The notes under the pieces are model-generated. The model saw only the letters and a list, made by a program, of their open reading frames with translations. It did not search any database and was not told where the DNA came from. A stretch of DNA of 64,000 nucleotides from Patescibacteria group bacterium (GTDB lineage Bacteria; Patescibacteriota; Minisyncoccia; Phycocordibacterales; Phycocordibacteraceae): positions 183,642 to 247,641 of the forward strand of contig JAZKAU010000002.1 in NCBI GenBank assembly GCA_040388985.1. Reading direction: 5' to 3'. Position numbers and translations under genes: made by a program. This document shows positions 56,473-63,642 of this stretch, piece after piece. Every line of letters begins with the position of its first letter. Within the stretch, counting starts at the first letter, position 1.

Positions 56473-57217
56473 CGGAGAGACGAACTATCTGAAAAGCGCC
56501 CTGAAGACCGGGCTTTCACCCAAGGCAGCAAGCGTATATGTGGTGTTGCTTGAAGCCGGCACGGGGCTGGCTCCCAAGAACATCATCACGCGCACCGGCC
56601 TTCACCGGCAGTACGTCTATGACGCTCTGCGGGAGCTTCAGGACGAGGGACTCGTCGCAGCGCTCGGCGCGGGACGCCGTATCCGCTATCAAGCCGCAAG
56701 TCCTGAACGCCTTTCACAGGAAGCTGAGAAGAAGCGCATCGACGTGCTCGACGGCGTGCAGAACCTCATGCGGCTGTATGAGCGATCTCCAGCGGGTGTG
56801 GTCGAGGTGGTGCGCGGAGCCAAGGCCGTTATCGAAAGCGAGTTCGCGCTCCTGCGAGAAGCGGAAGAAGGCGGATTTCTCGACGTGGTCGGAGGGGCCG
56901 GTATGAACTGGGTCCGCCTATTTGAGGACCGACTTGAGGAGTATGAGAACCTCCGGCGCGAGAAGCGTATCAAGCTGCGATACATCGGCGATGTCGACGA
57001 TGTGCGGCATAACTGGGAGGAAAGCATCATCGAGAACGAGTCTCGTATAATCCCGAACATCGGTCATGTCGTGAACGTGAATATCCGGCCCGACAGCGTG
57101 AATTTCAATATCTACGAGCCCGAGATTCTCGTGGTCCGGGTGCGCAATGCAGCAGCAGTCGCAAGCCAGCGCGCGCTGTTCGAGGTGCTGTGGAACGCGG
57201 CAAGACAAAGTAACTAG
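56465..57217 (+). CDS. TrmB-like transcriptional regulator (paralog 2)
   Basis: N-terminal wHTH (ASVYVVLLEAGTGLAPKNIITRTGLHRQYVYDALRELQDEGLV); same architecture as 6103 and 61277. Confidence 0.55.
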   Translation: MTNGETNYLKSALKTGLSPKAASVYVVLLEAGTGLAPKNIITRTGLHRQYVYDALRELQDEGLVAALGAGRRIRYQAASPERLSQEAEKKRIDVLDGVQNLMRLYERSPAGVVEVVRGAKAVIESEFALLREAEEGGFLDVVGGAGMNWVRLFEDRLEEYENLRREKRIKLRYIGDVDDVRHNWEESIIENESRIIPNIGHVVNVNIRPDSVNFNIYEPEILVVRVRNAAAVASQRALFEVLWNAARQSN

Positions 57218-57316
57218 AGTAACTGAAAACAGAATTGCTTTATAGTCGGCCTTTAATCTCAGCGCGGCCCAGCCAATTGATTTCCTTCATTGCGTACCTG
57301 GTATATCATTACTTCC

Positions 57317-57835
57317 ATGAAAGAGGACGGAAGGCTGCATTTCATTATGACTGGAGGAACGATCGATTCTTCTTATAATCCAGTAAAGGAAACCACGGTG
57401 CCGAGCGAGCATTCATATATTCCAATGTTCGTCCCGTTTCTCCAACTTTACGAAGAAGTTGAATTCACAGAGGTATTCATGAAAGACAGTAGGGACATTA
57501 CGGACTCAGATCGTTCCAAGGTACTAGAAGCCATAGAAAAAAGTTCCTCAAAAAGAATTATCATTACGCATGGTAGTTATACGGTCGCTGAGACAGCGAG
57601 ATATGTCCAAGAGTATTTGCAGAGCAAGGATCGGACGATTATCTTCGTATGCTCTCTCATTCCCATCGAAGGTTTTGCTCCGACAGATGCAGGCTTTAAT
57701 CTAGGCTACGCCGTAGGAAAGTCACAGAATCTTGGAGAAGGGGTGTATGTCTGTATGAACGGAAGAGTCTTCAGTCCCGACGAAGTAGTCAAGATATTGG
57801 AGACCGGTAGATTTGCCTCGACGTACACCAAGTAA
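57317..57835 (+). CDS. asparaginase N-terminal-domain-like protein (truncated/stand-alone)
   Basis: HFIMTGGTIDS ... IIITHGSYTVAETARY ... IIFVCSLIP..TDAGFNLGYAV follow the asparaginase N-domain order, but there is no C-terminal domain; low GC. Confidence 0.5.
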   Translation: MKEDGRLHFIMTGGTIDSSYNPVKETTVPSEHSYIPMFVPFLQLYEEVEFTEVFMKDSRDITDSDRSKVLEAIEKSSSKRIIITHGSYTVAETARYVQEYLQSKDRTIIFVCSLIPIEGFAPTDAGFNLGYAVGKSQNLGEGVYVCMNGRVFSPDEVVKILETGRFASTYTK

Positions 57836-57943
57836 GCTCCATATTTTGTACATGTTAGAACTTCTCATCGTTATTTCTTTATAAATCGGAGACAGATATT
57901 CTGTCAGTAACTCGGCGCCAGATCAGGATGTATAATCACGTGT

Positions 57944-58297
57944 ATGAATAAGATCTTAGGCATAGGCGGACTGTTCTTTCGTGCGAATGATCCGGCAGCC
58001 TTGAAGTCCTGGTATGTCGATGTACTCGGCATCGTTATCAAGGAATACGTCTGGCAGCAGGAAGCAGGCCCTACCGTACTCGAGCCGTTCGCGATGGACT
58101 CAGACTATTTTCCACTCGATAAGTCATGGATGATCAATTTTCGCGTGTCCGATCTGGAAGCAGTGATTGCAGACCTCAAGGGAAAGGGTGTCAACGTAGA
58201 AGTCCGCGATGAGTGGAATGCGTCGCCTGAAATGGGGAAGTTCGCTCGGGTACAGGATCCGGAAGGGAATCCTGTCGAGCTTTGGCAACCGGCGTAG
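57944..58297 (+). CDS. VOC/glyoxalase-bleomycin-resistance family protein
   Basis: 117 aa with a beta-alpha-beta-beta-beta module (GGLFFRANDPAALKSWYVDVLG ... VQDPEGNPVELWQ). Confidence 0.6.
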   Translation: MNKILGIGGLFFRANDPAALKSWYVDVLGIVIKEYVWQQEAGPTVLEPFAMDSDYFPLDKSWMINFRVSDLEAVIADLKGKGVNVEVRDEWNASPEMGKFARVQDPEGNPVELWQPA

Positions 58298-58310
58298 AGG
58301 CACACTGATA

Positions 58311-58778
58311 ATGAATCGCAATAGGCAACGACTCATTCCGGTAACATTTCTCGTTGGCTATGGTGCGCTACTGATCAAGGTCATGGTGTTCAAGGACCTG
58401 CCCATCATACGGATCGGTCATCTGATGCTGAGGTTTGGGGGCGCGGACGCAAACGGTCAGGCGAACTTCGTGCCGTTCAGGACCATCTTTCCGTACCTAC
58501 TCGGCTATAAGGGATGGATTATCGCGGGCATCAATCTGGTCGGGAATGTAGGCCTGCTTGTGCCGATAGGAATCTTGGCCCCGTTCGTCTTCCAGAACCT
58601 GACGTGGAAGAAGTCCCTCGTTCTTGCATGCGTCGCCGGTCTTGTCATCGAAGGCATGCAGGTACTATTTCGCGTCGGTATATTCGACATCGACGATGTG
58701 ATACTGAATGCACTCGGTGTCATGATCGGATACGGCGTATGTAGAATTTTCGTAAACGTGGAAAGCGGTTCGTTCTGA
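58311..58778 (+). CDS. VanZ-like membrane protein
   Basis: NFVPFRT...NLVGNVGLLVPIGIL...IEGMQVLFRVGIFDIDDVILNALGVMIGYG (FDxDDxxxNxxG). Confidence 0.65.
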   Translation: MNRNRQRLIPVTFLVGYGALLIKVMVFKDLPIIRIGHLMLRFGGADANGQANFVPFRTIFPYLLGYKGWIIAGINLVGNVGLLVPIGILAPFVFQNLTWKKSLVLACVAGLVIEGMQVLFRVGIFDIDDVILNALGVMIGYGVCRIFVNVESGSF

Positions 58779-58825
58779 CCGTTGCTACACAAGATACTCA
58801 TGGATTACCGTTATACTTAGAGCAT

Positions 58826-59203
58826 ATGAACTACCTCGAAACATTCTCAGGATATTCAGTAGATAGTATCGCGGCAGCTGAGGCCTTTTATCGCGATACG
58901 CTCGGACTTACGGTGGAACGCACGAAAGAAGGATTGGAGATAAAGACTCCGAATCAGACCATCTTTCTCTACGAGAAGAGTTCGCACAAGCCAGCGGAGT
59001 TCACCGTATTCAATCTTGTAGTTGCTGATATCGACGCTGCGGTCACTGATCTCAAAGCAAAAGGCATGACGTTCGAGACGTACGATGGCATGCACCAGGA
59101 TGAGCAGGGCATAGCACGAGGTAAGGAAGTTGGTATGGGTCCGGATATTGCGTGGTTCAAAGACCCGGCAGGAAACATTCTTTCCGTGCTCGCTAAGGCG
59201 TAA
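58826..59203 (+). CDS. VOC/glyoxalase family protein (second copy)
   Basis: FYRDTLGLTVERT ... FKDPAGNILSVL. Confidence 0.6.
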   Translation: MNYLETFSGYSVDSIAAAEAFYRDTLGLTVERTKEGLEIKTPNQTIFLYEKSSHKPAEFTVFNLVVADIDAAVTDLKAKGMTFETYDGMHQDEQGIARGKEVGMGPDIAWFKDPAGNILSVLAKA

Positions 59204-59350
59204 AAAGAAGCACTGCTCCTCATACTTCCTGCGGGTGGCGGATAACTAGGTATTACCATGAGTACACGAAAGCCAGTCAGTGTATGCACCATGAGTAGGT
59301 TGGGTCAGAGGGATTAGAACCCACCGAGTGGTGGTACAATTCGAGTGCCA
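59204..59350 (+). repeat. intergenic repeat copy A (conserved 60-nt block + GATTAGAACC) with mini-ORF MSTRKP... (59258-59317)
   Basis: GCTCCTCATACTTCCTGCGGGTGGCGGATAACTAGGTATTACCATGAGTACACGAAAGCCAG is 53/60 identical to copy B. Confidence 0.6.
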
Positions 59351-59367
59351 GAATTAATGAAAAAGCC

Positions 59368-59847
59368 ATGAATATAGAACGTAAGGAAGCGGTATCAAAG
59401 CCAGCTTCTGTTGAGCTTCAGGCAGAACGCGAGAATTGTCTTCGCGAAATGCTTCCCAAACTTCGAGAGATTGCTGCGCCTCAAACCAGGATGCTTCAGG
59501 CAGAGTTTGCAGTTGGTATAGAGAAAAATGTAGAGCGGATAAAACACATTGCCAGTCCGAGCGAGCTTGATGCGATGGCACAAAAGTTAGTCGCGCTCGG
59601 CATGCCAGCTGAACCTGATGATGCTGGTAACCCAGGCAGTTTCAACAGTCTTCCGTTCCGGCTGACAACATTAAGCAGAGAATTGACTGAACTGGAAAGT
59701 GAGAAAGATGAAGAGCGGGAACTCGGAGCTCACTCCTTCAGGCCAAAGTTCGAACATGGCTCCCGCCTTGAACGTATAGATTTCGCAGTTAAGGAAATCG
59801 GGAGATGGATAGGGAAGAGTGAAACTTACCTAAGTGGAGGGTTTTAG
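59368..59847 (+). CDS. hypothetical protein (159 aa)
   Basis: ORF preceded by repeat A and followed by a terminator; no recognisable motif. Confidence 0.45.
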   Translation: MNIERKEAVSKPASVELQAERENCLREMLPKLREIAAPQTRMLQAEFAVGIEKNVERIKHIASPSELDAMAQKLVALGMPAEPDDAGNPGSFNSLPFRLTTLSRELTELESEKDEERELGAHSFRPKFEHGSRLERIDFAVKEIGRWIGKSETYLSGGF

Positions 59848-59850
59848 CCA

Positions 59851-59893
59851 ACCACCAAAAGCAGAAAACCGCCTCGGGCGGTTTTCTGCTTTT
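59851..59893. terminator. palindromic terminator (AAAACCGCC-N4-GGCGGTTTT family)
   Basis: CCAAAAGCAGAAAACCGCC-tcgg-GCGGTTTTCTGCTTTTGG. Confidence 0.6.
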
Positions 59894-59897
59894 GGTG

Positions 59898-60052
59898 TAA
59901 ATGGATATCCAAGGTTAGAACTTCGCTGATGCTAAACAGCTCCTCATATTTCCTACGAGTGGCGGATGACTGGGCATCACCATGAGCACACGAAAGCCAA
60001 TACGTTCCTACGACTGCTCAAAATGAGCTTGAGTGATTAGAACCTACTAATA
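59898..60052 (+). repeat. intergenic repeat copy B (full length: AAATGGATATCCAAGGTTAGAACTTCGCTG + conserved 60-nt block + GATTAGAACC) with mini-ORF MSTRKPIRSYDCSK (59982-60026)
   Basis: Its 5' part is shared with copy C (61221-61300) and its 3' part with copy A. Confidence 0.6.
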
Positions 60053-60055
60053 TTT

Positions 60056-60865
60056 ATGGAATTTGTTAGGCTCATGGATATGGATAATCTGGTGAATTTG
60101 AGGGGAATTGCAGAGCTTTTCGATTCTCATAATTCAGACAAATTCATTTCTCGTCTCGCGAGTATGTTCATGACACAAGAACCAGCATGTATTGTAGTTC
60201 GCGGTATTCCGGTAACTGGAGACCCAAGGCCAGATGACTTAGGAATGGAAATCAATCCTGGTCACAAAAAACAAGCAGGCCAGAAGTACAGCGAGGAAGT
60301 TTTCAAACTGCTAAATGAGCAGATTGGAGGCAATCGCATCCAGTCAGAGATGGGGAATGTTATTCGCTCAGTAGACCCAACAAATCCTGCTTACATTAAA
60401 GTTGAGCCGACTCATACGCATCCGGATGATCGAATCAATAATATGTTTTGCAATATCTCGGACGGAGCGATATCTAATGTGACTTTCGTGGATGATGTAT
60501 GGAAGAACGCCACGGAAGAGGAAAGGGCGCTCTTTCAAAAGCATAAGTTCATAGATTTTGACGGCTCCCAAGTCTTATGGAACGAGGACTTCGTTCGTTG
60601 CGACGACATATTTGAACGTCTCGAAAACGCATCTCCGTTCGAAAATAATGAAAGTCTCTCCAACACAGCAGTCATTCTTGCTGAGGGAATTCGTGCAAAT
60701 GCGCGTGAGTATCACTTGATAGAAGGAGATATGGTTTTCTTTGCTCAGATGAAAACACTGCGAGGAGCTCCTGCATACAAGACTCCTGAATCAGGTATAG
60801 AAAAGAGATGGTACCAGAGTATGACGTTTGGAGAACGGAGAGGAGTTTTTGTTTACAACCTCTGA
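60056..60865 (+). CDS. hypothetical protein, possible Fe(II)/2OG-dependent (TauD-like) oxygenase
   Basis: THTHPDD (HxD-like) and a distal REYHLIEGDMVFF (His/Arg) region; low GC; weak assignment. Confidence 0.4.
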   Translation: MEFVRLMDMDNLVNLRGIAELFDSHNSDKFISRLASMFMTQEPACIVVRGIPVTGDPRPDDLGMEINPGHKKQAGQKYSEEVFKLLNEQIGGNRIQSEMGNVIRSVDPTNPAYIKVEPTHTHPDDRINNMFCNISDGAISNVTFVDDVWKNATEEERALFQKHKFIDFDGSQVLWNEDFVRCDDIFERLENASPFENNESLSNTAVILAEGIRANAREYHLIEGDMVFFAQMKTLRGAPAYKTPESGIEKRWYQSMTFGERRGVFVYNL

Positions 60866-60874
60866 AGCTGCTTC

Positions 60875-60908
60875 AAACTAGAAAACCGCCCCATGGGGCG
60901 GTTTTCTA
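60875..60908. terminator. palindromic terminator (same family)
   Basis: CTAGAAAACCGCCCC-at-GGGGCGGTTTTCTAG. Confidence 0.6.
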
Positions 60909-61012
60909 GAATTCTAGATTTCGTATATGTTGTGGCGTCTGAATTTCAGCGAGAACTGAGAGCTGCAATTCAGACATCCTACCAAGATATATTCACTACG
61001 TTCGTTATTTTG

Positions 61013-61025
61013 GTGGAGGTGGGGA
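61013..61025. repeat. 13-nt duplicate of tmRNA 3' end (GTGGAGGTGGGGA; minus strand TCCCCACCTCCACCA with CCA)
   Basis: Identical to 63160-63172 at the ssrA 3' end; on the minus strand it reads GTGGGTCAACCTCCCCACCTCCACCA, a T-arm/acceptor-like 3' fragment with no 5' half. Confidence 0.45.
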
Positions 61026-61220
61026 GGTTGACCCACGAATCACTAACCAGAATATTTCGTTCCTCATATTCTGCTAAGTGTTCTCGGGCCCGCCTCGCCG
61101 TTTCTCTCAGAATCGAAACATGCTCCGGCTAACTCATTGTCTTCAAGAGCGGAGCAATCCGCTCTTTCCCACTCTACAAACGAAAATGGCCCACATGAGC
61201 GGGTTTATTTTCGTACTTGT

Positions 61221-61300
61221 GGAAATGGATATCCAAGGTTAGAACTTCGCTGCTGGAATGCAGTTCCTCACATTTCCTATCTGTCGTGGACAGTTGGTAG
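61221..61300 (+). repeat. intergenic repeat copy C (5' part of B) overlapping the 3' end of the TrmB-like gene
   Basis: AAATGGATATCCAAGGTTAGAACTTCGCTG is identical to copy B; the last 7 codons (LPTVHDR*) of the minus-strand gene are read from repeat sequence. Confidence 0.55.
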
Positions 61301-62083
61301 TTTCATGTCGGCTGCCTGCTGCCATGCGAGTTCAAATAAGACTCGTCTGTAGAAGTCGGCAATATCGGCGTTCTCGAGTATTGTGCACGTCAGCTTTCCT
61401 TCGGTAAAGGACTGAATAGCAATGGAGTTATTCCAACTGAATATACCTGCTTGCCAGGAAAGTTCCTCCGGCATGAGTCGCACTCGAATCCGATACTCAT
61501 CTGATTTTTTGTACACGCGCTCGGCAAACTCGCACGGCGGGAAGATAAGTCGTGTACGGATACCCTTATCAGAACGCCTTTGGAAGTAATGTTCGAGATA
61601 TTCAGGATCCACGAGTTCTGAAAACAAACGCACATTAGTAAAGACAAGCACTTCACTCTTTGCCGAAAATGTCTCTTCTAGCATCTTTTTAAAGCCCTCG
61701 ACGCCTTCATAGAGCTTTACGTTCGGCACCCCCACCCCTGATGGAGGACTAACCTTCTCCATAAGACTCACTGCGTAACTAATATTGCTTCGCAGTGCGG
61801 CGATGTCGTTCTCTCGCTGTTGGAGCAGAGAAAAGAGAACCTTTGGATTCTCTGCACCTATATATCGCTTCTTACCTCGGCGAGATTCATACAAAAGACC
61901 TTTTTTAAGAAGTTGCTCGACTTCGCTGTGTACTGTCGTGCGATTTCTGCCTACTCCCTTTGCCAGAGACTGGATAGTTTCAGTACCGGATTCTAAACAG
62001 CGCAAGTACACCTGGGCCTCGTGCGGGTTGCAGCCGAAATGACCAAGCTGAGCGACTACGTGCTGCCTATCAGGAAAATTCAT
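61277..62083 (-). CDS. TrmB-like transcriptional regulator (paralog 3)
   Basis: N-terminal wHTH (QVYLRCLESGTETIQSLAKGVGRNRTTVHSEVEQLLKKGLL); low GC. Confidence 0.55.
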   Translation of the reverse strand: MNFPDRQHVVAQLGHFGCNPHEAQVYLRCLESGTETIQSLAKGVGRNRTTVHSEVEQLLKKGLLYESRRGKKRYIGAENPKVLFSLLQQRENDIAALRSNISYAVSLMEKVSPPSGVGVPNVKLYEGVEGFKKMLEETFSAKSEVLVFTNVRLFSELVDPEYLEHYFQRRSDKGIRTRLIFPPCEFAERVYKKSDEYRIRVRLMPEELSWQAGIFSWNNSIAIQSFTEGKLTCTILENADIADFYRRVLFELAWQQAADMKLPTVHDR

Positions 62084-62170
62084 AAATGTAGAGTATATTT
62101 CGACACTTTTATTTGCAAGTGGTTATCTAAAAATGATAATTAAAATATATCTTTCTGAGCCATAGCCATT

Positions 62171-63070
62171 GTGCATACTTCTAACTTTGACGGGTATATG
62201 ATGACAGTTTACTTTTTGTTCATGAGCAAATCACCAGTTATATACGGACAAATATCCAAAACCCGCTTAAAAAAACTCCCTTGGGGAAGCCACGGTATCC
62301 TCTGGGATGGTTTCGATAATCTCAAAACTTCTGGATTTCTGGTCGACTTTAAGAAGGAAACCTCCTATGAAGCCTGGGCGGATGTTGATTCAGAAAATCT
62401 ATGCCTAGTCGAAGCGGGAAGCGCTACCCTTGAGTGGGCAGGGAAGAAATATCTGATAAAGAACAAGGCGTTCGTGTTTAAGGTGTATCCCGGTCAATCG
62501 CCGACCGTACGACCTGGAAAGAATGGCTTTCGTGTCCTTTCGGTCCAAATGCGACACGCAAAGCAGTCCACTCGAAATAAGGATTCGTTTGATATATCAA
62601 AACTAGATGTTATCGATACTCGAAGAGTACCTGCACAAGTGTACGAGTTTGAAACACTCGCACAGGAAATATTCACGCCAAACTATAAGAACGGACTCGG
62701 ACTTATCAAATTTGCCTTTGTAAATCCGATACCTATACATCGGCATCCGTATTCCGCTCGTCTCATTCGACCGATTTCCGGCAAAGGATATACATATATT
62801 GAACCTAACATTTATGAGGCCCATGCGGATACGTACGCGCTTATACCGACCAACACGATCCACACCAATGGGAATATTCCGGGTAACGTCCTTCGACTGT
62901 ACGCCGTACAACTCCCCTGGGTGCCCAGCGGCATAGACGAGGAAAACATCGCCGGATCACCTCGCTTTGTGAAATATGTCGGAATCACTCCGCCTAAAAA
63001 GATTTGGAAGACAAAAAAACAATTTGAAACATTGATCCATACCCTTGATACCCATATATCAAAGCGTTAG
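62171..63070 (+). CDS. cupin-like protein
   Basis: PIHRHPYSA ... E ... IHTNGN fit the His pattern of cupin motifs 1 and 2; the start may be an internal ATG (62198 or 62222); low GC. Confidence 0.4.
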   Translation: MHTSNFDGYMMTVYFLFMSKSPVIYGQISKTRLKKLPWGSHGILWDGFDNLKTSGFLVDFKKETSYEAWADVDSENLCLVEAGSATLEWAGKKYLIKNKAFVFKVYPGQSPTVRPGKNGFRVLSVQMRHAKQSTRNKDSFDISKLDVIDTRRVPAQVYEFETLAQEIFTPNYKNGLGLIKFAFVNPIPIHRHPYSARLIRPISGKGYTYIEPNIYEAHADTYALIPTNTIHTNGNIPGNVLRLYAVQLPWVPSGIDEENIAGSPRFVKYVGITPPKKIWKTKKQFETLIHTLDTHISKR

Positions 63071-63097
63071 TTGTATTGAGAGTAAATCAGTAGCAAA

Positions 63098-63126
63098 CAG
63101 AAAGCCGCCTTGTGGGCGGTTTTCTA
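63098..63126. terminator. palindromic terminator (same family)
   Basis: AGAAAGCCGCC-ttgt-GGGCGGTTTTCT. Confidence 0.55.
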
Positions 63127-63160
63127 ATGTTCTATATGTTTCCACATAGTTCTATATCAG

Positions 63161-63587
63161 TGGAGGTGGGGAATAATGAGTTCCCGTCCGACCTGGCATT
63201 GAGAGCGAGTCTACGACGCGTAGCTCGTATTGAATATTCAGCAGGAACATAAGAATGCGAGCGAAAACATTCCTGCCTACATCCCTAATTTAGGCGATCC
63301 GTTCGGGCGTACGGATACCGATCTCGTAGAGAATTCCGCCCGATACTCCAGCTACGAGAACCTGGGATATCGAACGTCGCTATGCGAGACGAGCCGAAGC
63401 TCAAGCCTTACGCAGTAACGAACGCAAAGTTGAAGTCACTCATCGCGAACGGTGAGAGAACAGCCTTCCTTGCGCTTGCAACAGTGTTGTTTGCAAGTAT
63501 TGGTATATGCGTTGGTATGGCGGGACAGCATACTTCCCCCGCGTCGCACGTTTCTCAAGGTTCAGACCGTCAAAGCCGGTCACCCCC
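63161..63587 (-). ncRNA. ssrA: tmRNA (transfer-messenger RNA)
   Basis: The minus-strand 5' end GGGGGTGACCGGCTTTGACGG matches the GGGG.UGA..GG.UUCGACGG consensus. The 3' end GGACGGGAACTCATTATTCCCCACCTCCA has a 5-bp T-stem, a 7-nt loop and a 7-nt acceptor strand that pairs with the 5' end, including the G3·U wobble. An in-frame tag-like ORF ends ...SDFNFAFVTA-TAA, and a GAGC-TTCG-GCTC hairpin follows it. The gene is adjacent to smpB. Confidence 0.8.
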
Positions 63588-63642
63588 GGGCACAACTCCA
63601 CCAGGAGATAGAGTTGTGCCCGGGACTGGCCCGCACTAGTTC

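Noticed and set aside
59280-59345. tRNA-like T-loop (GGGATTAGAACCC / rc GGGTTCTAATCCC) in repeat copy A
   Set aside because: No acceptor stem or anticodon arm can be formed on either strand; it is part of the repeat family rather than a tRNA gene.
60893-61132. 79-aa ORF between the TauD-like gene and the TrmB-like gene
   Set aside because: It overlaps the att-like 13-mer and repeat debris, has no RBS and shows an odd composition; it is probably non-coding.
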